This document shows, in pieces, positions 1-18,419 of a DNA stretch of 64,000 nt. The stretch comes from Macrostomum lignano. Lineage: Eukaryota. The translations under genes were made by a program, and so were the position numbers. The notes under the pieces were generated by a model. It was not told where the DNA came from and ran no database searches. It worked only from the letters and a program-made list of their open reading frames with translations. Location: contig NIVC01000717.1 in NCBI GenBank assembly GCA_002269645.1, positions 124,001 to 188,000 of the forward strand, in the 5' to 3' direction. Within the stretch, counting starts at the first letter, position 1. Every line of letters starts with the position of its first letter.

Positions 1-296
1 GTTTACATGACTATGCCAGTTTTCACACGGCACAGCAAGCCAAGCGTCACTCTGCAGCGGAAGAGATCGGATCAGTCTGATTAGCCGGTTGGTTTCCAAC
101 AGAATTATGGTGGGCTAGTGCGCAGATGGAATTTATTAAATGTGCGTTTAAAACTGGCAGAACAAGCTTAATATCTGATACGATTATAGCCAGGCACAGA
201 ATAGCAATTGCTTGCTAAGCAGCTTCAATTGTCATTCGATTCGTATTCGAAGAACCAGCTTGCAAAAAGTCCTAAAGAGAGAGATTCGTCCTAACA

Positions 297-2207
297 ATGA
301 CTGTCTCAGTGGCTCCAACTGCGACCCTGTGAGTAAACTGTTATTTGATAACATTGCCTTTATTTTGCTGTGAGCACTGCACTAAATTAAGGTGATAGTC
401 AAGTAGTCAAGCACATTCAGCTTGCTCCTGAGTCAAACACGTACTTGCAGATGCAACACGAATCGCACAACAACCCCACTCTAATCGTCCGGTGCTAAGC
501 TACTCAAAATCCATTTGATTATGCAATTAATTTTTTGTTTTTTTGGGAGAGTAAAAGCTGATTACTAAACTATTCTCTGCACAAAATTAACGCAGGTGCT
601 ACCACAAGATCAATGGTCCCACTGCCGAGAGTCTATTGGCAACTCACGGCGTTGAGGGCGCCTTCCTGCTTCGTCCCAGCTCCAAATCTCGAGACGGCAC
701 CGGAGCTCAGGCCACGGTGCTGTCTGTGCTGCACCGAGCCAAAGTTATTCACGTGAAGATCGTTTCGAACGGCGAGGTCTGCCAGCTGGAGGGCGACACG
801 GAACAGTTTGCGTCCCCTTTCGAGATCATTCAGCATTATACCTCTGGCAAGCACACTCTTAACCTGTCTAATCACGTGCAGGTGAGGCTTAGCCAGCCGA
901 TATTCAAGGACAATCCGGTGTTCCTGGACGATCGCTGGTTTCACCGAAACATCAACGGAAAGCGGGCTGCCGCATTGCTTGATGGCAAGTCGGAGGGCAG
1001 CTTCTTGATCCGATTGGCTGCCCACGGCGAGCCTTTGTACGTGATCTCAATGGTAGGCCCGGACAACAAGGTGGTGCACGTGCAGATTCGCAAAGGTCAG
1101 GACTCGCGTGGTCAGCAAAAGTTTCACGTGTCACAGGACAGCACCTTTGTTTCAGTCCAAGAATTGGTCAGCTTCTACAAAGAACGCAGCATGGTGGACT
1201 CGAACGGCATCCAATACAAGCTTAAAAAACCTGTTAACACGTCAAGTCTGAAGGCGACAACCATCAAGCATCGCATCAACGATCTTGGCCACTCGGAGGA
1301 GGGCGGCTTCAGCGACGAGTACATGCAGTTGACAAAGTTCGACGAAGACAACCGCGAGAGGCCCAAGACTGAAGGCTTCAAAGCAGCCAATCGAAACAAA
1401 AACCGCTTCAAGAACATTCTGCCTTATGATGAAACGCGCGTGAAACTCACCGACACTGTTGAGCCACCGCTAAACGATTACGTGAATGCCAACTACATTC
1501 GACCTGATCTACACTTGCCGAACCACAATGTCTATATAGCCAGTCAGGGGCCGCTGCAGGCCACTGTCGTGGACTTCTGGCGCATGGTGTGGCAAGAGAA
1601 GGTCGAAGTGATCGTCATGACAACTAAGGAGGTTGAGGGCGGCAAGAGCAAGTGCGCCAAGTATTGGTCGACACGCGCTGACCCGGTCAAACAGGTTGAA
1701 ATCGGCGAGTCCGGCGGCGCTTTTATTATTCGCTACCTCGACGAAACTCTGAAGCATGACTACACCTTGACTAAACTGGAGGTGAGCCACAGCGCACGCA
1801 AAGAGCCACCGCGGTTGGTTTATCACTTCCAGTACCTGGCCTGGCCAGACCACAGCGTGCCAACGGACCCGACCTCCATTCTGACTCTGCTGCGCGACAT
1901 GAACCAGCTAGTGGACCGGATTCGGGCCGGCAAGCCGCGCCCCGGTCCACCAATTGTGGTGCACTGCAGCGCGGGAATTGGTCGCACTGGCACCTTCATA
2001 GTGCTGGATATCCTCATCAACCAGCTGCAAGCGATCGGCGTCAACTCCGATTTGGACATCTTCCGGGCGGCTAGGAATCTTCGAACGCAGCGCTCGGGTA
2101 TGATACAGACCGAGCCGCAATACCGCTTCGTGTACATGGCCATTCTCAAGTACATCGAGAACGAGACTAACAAGTCCCGGCCGATGGACGAAGTCTACTG
2201 TACATGA
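297..2207 (+). CDS. PTPN11: SHP2/corkscrew-like tyrosine phosphatase (SH2-SH2-PTP), 2 exons: 297-328, 596-2207
   Basis: The ORF-track start at 636 is a TTG. The frame stays open back to acceptor cgcAG|G at 595. An upstream exon ATG(297)..CT|GTGAGT(329) joins in phase 2 to give MTVSVAPTATLCYHKINGPTAESLL. Two SH2 domains (GAFLLRPS, GSFLIRL) and PTP motifs KNRFKNILPYD, DYVNAN, WPDH, VHCSAGIGRTG and QTEPQY are present. SHP2 versus SHP1 orthology is inferred from motifs, not from a tree. Confidence 0.9.
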
Positions 2208-2831
2208 GTGTTCCTGCTGTACTTTCGACTGCATCTATAGCGTGTACTGTTGACGTGGTTTTTTATTTATATTGTCTTTTAAGAATGAAAGACATCTCGA
2301 TATTTTAAAATTTTCAGCATAAAATCCACTTTAAAAATATAAAATGAACTAGACTTGTATATTTTATTATTGAGTATTGAATACGCTCGTAGTCCTGACA
2401 CCATTGCTTTTTTCATATACTTGTGTGCAAGTCAACTATTGTAAACTTGCGAATTGTGTCCCAGCTCACCCGAATAATATTTACAGCTTTTTTAATTTTT
2501 TCCATCTCATCTCTCAGTTTGTGTAATATCTAATACTCGTTAATGCTGAAAATGATTTTTGCATCCAATATTAATTTCCTCTATACCGTAGCAGCATATC
2601 AACAACAGCAATGTCAGTCGACGTTTTTGCCATCGACATCGATGGCAATTTAGTACTTTTACGTTATGCGAAGTTTGTCGACGTATAAATAATAGAATTA
2701 ACACTAATATAATAAAAATCATTATTATAATTACTATAATTATAATTATTACTATTATACATACGTCGTTATCCGTCGGTGTAATGTAAAAAGACCCATT
2801 TGCCAGCGACGTCCATCAATGTCGGGTACTT

Positions 2832-3702
2832 CGGCAGATGTCGGAATGTTGCACGGGTACTCTAGTTAAAATTGTTTTGTTTTTTCCCAATATGAATCTG
2901 TACCTTAATATTTTATCAATATTCAATATAAATATTTGCGTCTAAATTATAAACAGCGTCTATCAAAACGTCCTAAACGATTATGTGATATTTTATTCAG
3001 GATATTTCTGTAGCAGCTGCATAAATATTGTTTGCGATTTTGATCTATCAGAACTATAATTTTCTGTATTAAGTCATTAAAGAAGTCATTAAAGAATTTC
3101 TAGTAGTTGAAATTTGAAATTTGATATGAAATTTATATTCTAAGTGCATTTCTTGCACACACAGTATTACTTTCACTAGTATCACGTGCGCACAATAGCT
3201 ACATTCACTTTATTCTACGCGACAATATACAGTAAGGAGAAACATTTTTTATCAGCGGCAATAGTTTTTCCACAAGATTACTACGCTACGCATATCGCAA
3301 AACACTACGACGGAAATCTGACCAGAAAATTGGAATTTTCTCTTTTGGTGAAGCATTTTGCAAGTATCGACAAACACAGAGCAAACAATTGATTCGTTGA
3401 TATGCGTGTTACAAATAAACAACAACAAAAAGCGCGTCACACGCACGCCTCTCATCTGTACACAGTAAAGTAACGCATTCAAGCTTAAAATCAAGCTGAA
3501 GCTCTCATGTTGACACCCAGCAGTGTCATTGTTGCAATAGCGGATAGTGAAAACAGTGTCGTTGATCCGGCAGTCGATGACGCTTCTGTGGGTGGGGTAC
3601 GTTGATAGACATGCAATAAGTGACGGCATTTTCTAGCACTGATTTCCATCCTAAAGGAGCAACGAGCGTAGACTTGTCAGTGCAACATTCCGACGTCTGC
3701 CG
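2832..3702. mobile_element. Possible degenerate MITE bounded by a 23-bp inverted repeat
   Basis: cggcagatgtcggaatgttgcac (2832-2854) versus gtgcaacattccgacgtctgccg (3680-3702): 22/23 reverse-complement match, with weaker similarity continuing outward. No TSD identified. Confidence 0.4.
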
Positions 3703-4307
3703 GTGTATCCAACGTACCTGATGTCAAGAGACACTCAAACTTTTCATCAAGTTCAGTCGATAAGGAATTAATCTATTTTGAGGAAACTCAACACTAGCTA
3801 AAATCATATACGCTCGTAGTTGTATTGTAGGAACACGCAGTGACTGATTTATACGCGTACCTCGTAATACGCGGATTATCCAGCTATTTACAACCCCTTA
3901 CTGTTTTTCTATCTTTACAAAAAGACGGGGAATTCTGACGCCCAATTTCCGCTTCAGAGATCGCAGGACACGAATAGGAAGAGCCAGTTGGATGAGACAA
4001 GCAGGCAGCGGGTGGGTGAGGAGGTACGGAACGACCGTCAACCGGAGGTCGAAAATCAACAGTAGGAAGCTATGCAGGCCTGCAAAGCTGCACAATTATT
4101 ATTAGTTGCAGTCTTATCGCAGCATACTGACCGGAGCCTAGGAGGCAGACCGATGCTTGATGGAGTGGAAAATTGCCAATCGCAAGGGTACGCCGGGTGT
4201 TCAGGGCGATTATTTTGGCTAATGGAAAATCTGCGAAGAGCTATTTTAAGCTTCACAACTAGCTAATACTAGCTGTATTTAGCAATAAATGAATGCTTCA
4301 ACCATAG

Positions 4308-5530
4308 ACTACGGAGTCTACTCCACCAAGTCTACTGTACCCATTCTACTCGTCTACTCTACCCAGTCTACTCCTTGGAATATACTTTTTGGAGTCTACT
4401 CTTTGGAGTCTACTCTTTGGAGTCTACTTGTCTACTTTTTGGAGTTTTCTTTTTGAAGTCTACTCTACTGTGTCTACATGTACTCTTTTAGAGTCTACTG
4501 TTGCGAGTCTACTCTAGCGAGTCTACTTGTCTTCTCTACCGAGTCTACTCTATTGAGTCTACTTGTCTACTTTTTGGAGTTTTCTTTTTGAAGTCTACTC
4601 TACTGTGTCTACATGTACTCTTTTAGAGTCTACTGTTGCGAGTCTACTCTAGCGAGTCTACTTGTCTTCTCTACCGAGTCTACTCTATTGAGTCTACTTG
4701 TCTACTTTTTGGAGTTTTCTTTTTGAAGTCTACTCTACTGTGTCTACATGTACTCTTTTAGAGTCTACTGTTGCGAGTCTACTCTAGCGAGTCTACTTGT
4801 CTTCTCTACCGAGTCTACTCTATTGAGTCTACTTGTCTACTTTTTGGAGTTTTCTTTTTGAAGTCTACTCTACTGTGTCTACATGTACTCTTTTAGAGTC
4901 TACTGTTGCGAGTCTACTCTAGCGAGTCTACTTGTCTTCTCTACCGAGTCTACTCTATTGAGTCTACTTGTCTACTTTTTGGAGTTTTCTTTTTGAAGTC
5001 TACTCTACTGTGTCTACATGTACTCTTTTAGAGTCTACTGTTGCGAGTCTACTCTAGCGAGTCTACTTGTCTTCTCTACCGAGTCTACTCTATCGAGTCT
5101 ACTTGTCTTGTCGACCGAGTCTACTCTACCAAGTCTGACCCACCCAATCTACTCAACCCAGTCTAATCTACCAAGTCTACTTTGCTGAGTCTACTCTTTG
5201 GAGTCTATTCTTTGGAGTCTACTCTACCGAATCTAATCATCTACCATACTGAGTCTACTCGTCTACTCTACCGAGTTGACTTTTCTACTTTTCGGAGCCT
5301 ACTCTAACATGTCTACTCTCTAGAGTCTACTTTACCGTTTCTACTCTTTGGAGTCTACTCTATTGAGTCTACTTGTCTATTTTTTGGAGTTTTTTTGGAG
5401 TCTACTCTACCGTGTCTACATGAAATCTTAAGAGTCTACTCTTTCGAGTCTACCCTACCGATTCTACGAGTACTCGTCTTCTCTACCAAATCTACTCTAC
5501 CGAGTTTGCGCTACGTATATTACTCCACTG
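4308..5530. repeat. GAGTCTACT-core minisatellite with a 135-bp higher-order repeat (~5 copies, 4420-5095)
   Basis: The same block recurs at 4420, 4555, 4690 and onward (period 135). The flanks are degenerate short units with the same core. Confidence 0.9.
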
Positions 5531-6155
5531 AGTCTAACAGATTACGCTCTATGTTCGTTCTCCGTCAATGAGTCATCTATATTCTACAAAACACATTCTA
5601 CGTCGCAGCCGATTTGAGAATAGAGGTATGAAACAGGTCAGTCAGTCAAGCTTCCATATACCATAAAAATAATCATATTTACTATACAAGCTGCTCCTCA
5701 GTTACTCTTCGCGAGAAGAAAATCTTTTCGCTCCACCTCCGAAGTGCTTTTCAATGCCTCGACTTCCGGAGTTGGGTCGCGGCTTCGCACAAATCACTCA
5801 AATTTCTTTCTGTTCCTCTGTTCTCTCTCCCACCCTCTCCCTCCCTCTGGGCCGTCAGCTCAAAAGCTGTGTGTGTGTGTGTGTGTGTGTGAATTGCAAG
5901 GCCTTCTCAAAGACGAAGCCCCTACAACTAAAAGAATCAGATTTTCGGGTTGGCTTAAAATTTTTCTGAAAATATACATGAGAAGGCAGAAGCTCCAAAA
6001 AATTGTGCACCCAAAATACAAAACGTTAATCTGCACAGACGAAATTTTGTTCTTAAGCTATCATGGCTGATTTAGATTTACGATTCTTGCCCGTAAACAA
6101 CTGGCCCTCTAGTGAGTACGATTTCGCACTGAAATAGTGCTTTTACTGACGTTAG

Positions 6156-6452
6156 TAATAATAATAATAATAATAGTAATAATTAAGTACACCTGGACTA
6201 ATGGGAAGATGGGCAACCGACAGCTCAGCCGCAGCTATTGCGCGGTGCATCTGAAGGTTGCGTACGGCTGTTCAGTCCAAGGACTGGGGGGTCGCCACAC
6301 ACCCTCAATTACCCCAGCTAATGCTGGCACCCATTTTACAGCTGGGTGAACTGAAGCAATGCAGAGTCAAAGTGTCTTGCTCAAGGGCACAAATTGTTTC
6401 GTGTGGGTTCAGAATCGAACCCCCGACCTTTCAGTCGTGAGTCCGACGCTCA
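6156..6452 (-). mobile_element. tRNA-derived SINE, family A, copy 1
   Basis: Reverse complement of the copies at 37530 and 54826: B-box-like GGTTCGATTC, the CCTTGAGCAAGACACTT central block and an (ATT)n tail. Confidence 0.85.
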
Positions 6453-6542
6453 AAACTTGATGAATTTTGGTAGAATTTCCAAGATGTCCTATTCCCGCGA
6501 GGAATCTTTGGTCTCGCAGTCCTCATTGTGTCGCCGGCCAGT

Positions 6543-13120
<6,578 letters not shown>

Positions 13121-13984
13121 TCCAGTTGAATCAAAGCTAAGGTTAGGGTTAGGGTCAGAAACCAAAGTATCAAAACTCAGCCAGCGGCAACTCTGACAGT
13201 GACTCTTTCTTCCTCTTGCGCTACCGGCTGTCCGAGGTCCCTATTGATAAGATAGATCAATTAAGCAGAGCCTTATCTGGGGAGTTGGGAATTTAGTATA
13301 CACAGACCAATAAGCTGACGCCGATCCAGCAGCGCCTTTACTAATTCATGCGACAGACTAGAGTATAGATCGACAGCGCTGCTAGTCTTGTCTGTCCGAC
13401 CCTTTCAACTGCCCAGAGCTCCCTTGTTCAAGTCAAATAGCTTTGCGTGGACAGAACTCACGGACGGGTCTTGGCTGACTGGCTGGCTGGGAAAACTCCA
13501 TTATAACAAAGAGAGACCTCTGAACCAATACGAAACTGGCAATCGCGTCTCCAGTTCATTCCCTCTGTAAAAGTCAGCTGTTCTCTCTCTGCTCCAGAAA
13601 CACTCCGTTATATGCCAAAATATCAAACCCACAGAGCTTAAGCCTGCATGGTGAAGCTCTCAGCACTCTAAATTTTGGCAATTTATCCCTTTCTCTCTCT
13701 CATCCTCTTTATCGCTAACCCTCCTGTCCCTCGCACTCTATCAATATGGTTAATTCCAGCTGGCCTTGGCAATATTTTTACGCTTTCATATTGAACACAA
13801 ACCATCAAATAGTACGCTTGTAGAGCTGAGGACTGACAAATTACTCGTAATTAGGCGTGGCCGTGGTTACATATATTGCCACACTGGTTTTAGGTGGCTA
13901 CGAGTACGAGTATCAATATGAAGTTACCAGTTAAATTTATTACAACAATTAACTCATGTTATAGAATGTCGTCTTGGTTCAGCG

Positions 13985-14495
13985 ACGTTAAGTGCAACAA
14001 TGTTAAGTGAAGCGATGTTAAGCAAAGTGACGTTAAATGAATTTATGTGAAGTGAAGTGACGTTAAGTGAAGTGACGCTAATGGAAACGATGTTAAGTAA
14101 AGTGTTGTTAAGTGAAGTGATGTTAAGTGAAATGACGTTAATGGAAGCGATAGTAAGTGAAGTGACATTAAGTGAAGTGACGTCAAGTGAAGTGATGTTA
14201 AGTGAAGTGACGTTAAGTGAAGTGACGTCAAGTGAAGTGATGTTAAGTGATGTGACGTTAATGGAAACGATGTTAAGTGAAGTGATGTTAAGTGAAGTGA
14301 CATTAATGGAAGCGACAGTAAGTAAAGTGACGTTAAGTGAAGTGACGTTAATGGAAGCGATGGTAATTGAAGTGACGTTAAGTGAAGTGACGTTAATGGA
14401 AACGATGTTAAAGTGAAGTAACGCTAAGTGAAGTGACGTTAAGTGCAGCGATGTTAAGAGAATTAACGTCAATGGAAACGATGTTAAAGTGAAGT
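13985..14495. repeat. 15-bp minisatellite (AGTGAAGTGACGTTA and variants)
   Basis: Directly visible periodicity. Confidence 0.9.
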
Positions 14496-16741
14496 GGCGT
14501 ATTTTGTTAATTTTCAGTTGTTTGTGAATTCATTTATGAATTTTGCTATCAAGCGACAGTACGAGTATCTAAGCGTTAAGCGCCCTTTTTAAAAGACGTT
14601 CGACTCGTATGTGCCGCTGTCGAAACCTCTGAAGATGATGCAGTTTTCTAGCAAAATATTTCGTTCATCCAAATCTTTCTATTAGAACACTTTCTAATTC
14701 AAGATTTAGTTCACTAACGACACAGAGAGTTTCACATACAGACTACAGAAAGCTAGTCGAAATAGAGGAGTCAAGAAAGAGCAGTTGCTGCAAGTACGTT
14801 TGGACAGTTAGGTAGATTTCAGCCAATAAACTGTTTAATATTTCATCAGCCCGATGCTCAAAGCCAGGACTCAGAACTGTGCATAGCAGATAGGCCCGGA
14901 GATATTGTAATTTTCACTCTCGTATTCCCATCCCCTAGGCCCCTAGGGGGAAAACCCGAAATTCGCTGGGTTTAGCTTATGTTCATGCCTCCCATGTCTA
15001 CTCTGCGTATACAACACTAGCAGGCTTTCACTGAGATATGAAGAGTACGAGAGAGCAGGTTTAAGCCAGGCACGCAAAATACCCCATGGGGATGGCATCG
15101 GTGTCGCCCTCTCACCTACATCTGCGATTCCCAGTCATCTTATTGGCATCCAGGAGGTAATCCAGCAAATTCTGAGATGCTCGCATGGAGATTAACTGCA
15201 CTCGTCACTGCTATGTCACAGTTCCTAAATTGACTTCTCTCTCTCTCTCTCTCTCGCACTATTTCGTTTGCTTATCTTTAGATATTTTCTTTAAAATGAA
15301 GCACTCGTGCCTGGATGAATAATTAATTCATGGTTTTATTGTCTAATTCTGGTCTGTAGAATCTAAACAGCCTCTGCAAGGCCCTTAGAAAGTGACTCAA
15401 TTCTGCTTTAGCTGAGATCTGCTGAGAAGAGCGGGGAGCAGCTCAGCGGTGAACGCACCTGACTCTTGCGCCACAACCCCTGGTTTAATTCTGAGCCCGA
15501 TCACATTTATCGTTGTCGTTCAATATTCACACCTATGAAGGCCAAGCCCAACGCACAGAGTGTACACAACGATGTCGCTGAAGACGTTGCACCAGGGTGC
15601 TCGTAATCCTCCTGTAGTTATTAATATATTATAATGTGTAGAGAGCCTTATTAAAGGTCTAATAAAATATTAGCCAAGTTCAACTAAGCCTATTTCTATT
15701 GAGCTTTATCCGTAAATGGTCTAAGCTAGTCTTATTTCAGGTTTAATGAGGTGCATCAGTGAACTTTTCGCATGTCTAGAAGCCAAATCTAATAGAACAT
15801 TACTCGACCTTGATCAAAACGCGCTCTATGAGAGGCTCTAGGAGTTCTCTAATCTCTAATGTCCCAATGTCCAGCCTAATGCCCTCAACCCCCGATCGCT
15901 TCAGGTTTCAATTCAACCGCAGACGCACATGCGCTGTGCACTTTAACGGAGAGAATGGGTTGCTAGCGAACATGAGAAATGGTCATGGTCATTAAAAGAG
16001 GCCATTCTATGCGGCTCATTCTTGCTTGGCTCTTTTAACATTGCCGTTAATGTCAACCTCGTCCCTCATCAACACGGGCACCGTTTCCTATCCCGGCGGC
16101 GAAAAGTGATGCATCGTGTGGAAGCAACGAAGCTAATTCGGCTCTTGAGTCTTACAAGCTTGTCACTTCTATGCTCATGTTTCCTTTGTTGTTAATTAGT
16201 GAAAAGAGTGAAGATCTACATGTAAGGCTGACCAGACTACTTTAGACGGAAATGGATGCAGTGCACATGTTTTGGATGGCACATAGCTAAATGTAGTAAC
16301 TCGTATTTAGTACATTACCATAATGAATCCGTCCCTATGCATCAAGACTTCCGCAGCATCAGCATGCCTCATCAGCCGTTTGCCACCGTGTAATTCACAC
16401 ATCTTTTTCTCTGTTTTAATACATTCTTTTATTTTCAATATACGGAAAGCATAAAAGTATGCACCCTTTCATCATATATATTACTCATAGGAGTCTAATA
16501 GGCTGACGACTTTCCAAATCACAGCCAGACGAAATTTCCTGGGAAAATGGCGGTTCCAAATGTTTCATTATACCAGGGTGGCTACCAAATTACAGTAGGC
16601 TAAAATATCATATGGTCAGAATGTAGAACAGTCAGAACAGTCAGAATGCATCACTGGTGATATACATTTCATTCCCCGGACCTAAAAGCACGGCGTACAA
16701 AGATTGTATACATGTGCGACAATAATATTATGCCATAATTC

Positions 16742-17599
16742 TGTAGTGACTGGCTGCTAACTGGCTATTCAGCAGCATTCACTAGCTGTCCTTAAGAGTG
16801 CTGTGATCCGCTGCACAGTATCTCAGTCCACCTGAGCTAGTGAGAGAGTTACCCTGTGCTGGGCCTAAGTGTTTACTGCCCGATGACTCATCGCCTGAGC
16901 GGGCGCGGGCAGCCACACTCAATGTCTTCCCACTCGCGCTGAGGAGGCGTAGCAGGATGACTCATCACCTGCGCGGAGTATAATGGCTGCCTAGAGGGAG
17001 TAAACAGGATGACTCATCCGCCCATGTTCTATTTTTAGCACAGAATAAGCACGTGACTGTGCACGCACTCTGAGCGTGGCCACTGACCTTGAGTCACGCC
17101 ACTGATGCGTGACAGGATTGCCTTATTTGGAAGTTGGCCTTGAATCACGCGTCGTTCGCATGATTTCAATGCCCAAATAAGGAAGTTTCACGCGCTCACC
17201 GCATGAAACTCACGTGACTTTTGGGGGTCCGCTCGTCTATAAATACGGAGCATCTGAGCCAATTTTCTCCAGACCGTGTTCGTAGACGGCGTCGTCTCGC
17301 GGAGCATTGTGGCTAACTCGTGAAGCCTCTGCCTCCGAGCTCTCCTCTCTCATTTCAGGTTTTACAGGTTTTCAGGTCCGAGCAGCATTCAACTAAGACG
17401 ATCGACTGTCGAGACATTTTCAGATTTGGCCTTTGCCCCGAGTGTCTTCGTTAATTTTATTTCAGGTGACGGATAGACAACTCTGCCGACGCGTCCAGTC
17501 CGCACACCAAGGTGGCAGCAACCCTACCAAGTCAAGGCTAACGTTTTAGGTTTATTTTCAGGCAAATCGATAGGACCGAAGCAAAGGGCAAACGTTACA
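16742..17599 (+). mobile_element. Solo LTR, 858 bp
   Basis: Ends are TGTAG...TTACA with a 4-bp direct repeat ATTC (16738-16741, 17600-17603). There is an internal TATA box and enhancer-like motif cluster. No canonical AATAAA was seen and no second LTR lies in the window. Confidence 0.7.
16884..17245 (+). promoter_or_regulatory. AP-1 / CArG-Ets / E-box / TATA promoter cluster inside the solo LTR
   Basis: TGACTCA at 16884, 16958 and 17010; TGAGTCA at 17090; CACGTG at 17050 and 17211; CCTTATTTGG at 17121 and CCAAATAAGG at 17173, each overlapping GGAAGT; TATAAATA at 17238. Confidence 0.65.
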
Positions 17600-17710
17600 A
17601 TTCACATAGTATTTAGTGAGGATGATTTTTTTGTATTTTCCTTAAAACGAACTAGAATGCCTACTTTCATGAGAGATTCAATGGTCGGTTTTAAGGCATC
17701 CTTACATGTA

Positions 17711-18330
17711 CAGCATCATCAAAAAAGTTAAAGCATTCCCTTTTTATTGTCTCATGAACTTTTTGCCCTTCGGACATACACTCAGCAACATTTAAAACGC
17801 AACACTCTAACTAGAAGAAAAATCAACTCACTCAGAAGAGTCAAAGCGCATAGTCTATGGTTCAAATCGAGCTTCAGAAACGCGTGTAGCCTCCTCTCGC
17901 AAGTAACAGGGCGTTGACTCGACGTGGCATTCCCAGAACAAGGCGTCGAAAAAAGTCCTGGGGAATTTCCTGCCACGCGTTAGCAACAGCGTTTCGCAGT
18001 TCAGCGACTGTCTGCGGCGGATTCTGCCGTTGAACACTCCGCTTGATAAAGTCCCAGACATGTTCAATTGGGTTCATATCAGGGGATCTTGAAGGCCACC
18101 GAAGAGTACGCAGGTGCAGCTGGTCCTTGAGTTCGCTGACAGCTGCTGCCCGGTGCGCCGGTGCATTATCGTCCTGCAGTATGCAGTTTGCGACGCCACC
18201 AAAGTGGTTGTTAACAAAAGGGAGCAGATGCGTCTGCAGCAAACGAGCGTACTCATCGCCGTTCACGTTTGCGTCTAAGAAAACCAGCTGGGTCCTGCCT
18301 CGCATTGAAATCCCTGCCCACACGTGTACG
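17711..18330 (-). mobile_element. 5'-truncated Tc1-family (DD34E-type) transposon: 3' part of the transposase plus one end
   Basis: ORF 17874-18359 carries VWAGIS, LQDDNAPAHRA and WPSRSPDMNPIEHVW, ending GGYTRF. A TA|CAG.. terminus is at 17709-17711. The partner TIR was not found. Confidence 0.85.
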
Positions 18331-18419
18331 TCTATATATACGTCTATTGGTACCACCATGCTTTGTGGGCGTTAATGGTATATTCAGCATTTCATCCAAA
18401 AGACCATTACGCTTTACTT

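Noticed and set aside
633-1025. Antisense ORFs over the SHP2-like, BRWD, transposase and mariner coding regions
   Set aside because: These are shadow ORFs of GC-rich coding sequence with no independent motifs.
13143-13154. TTAGGGTTAGGG as an interstitial telomere
   Set aside because: Only two units; too short to distinguish from chance.
15470-15615. Possible minus-strand terminal exon with a GPI-like hydrophobic tail
   Set aside because: No compatible upstream exons could be assembled, and more than one frame is open.
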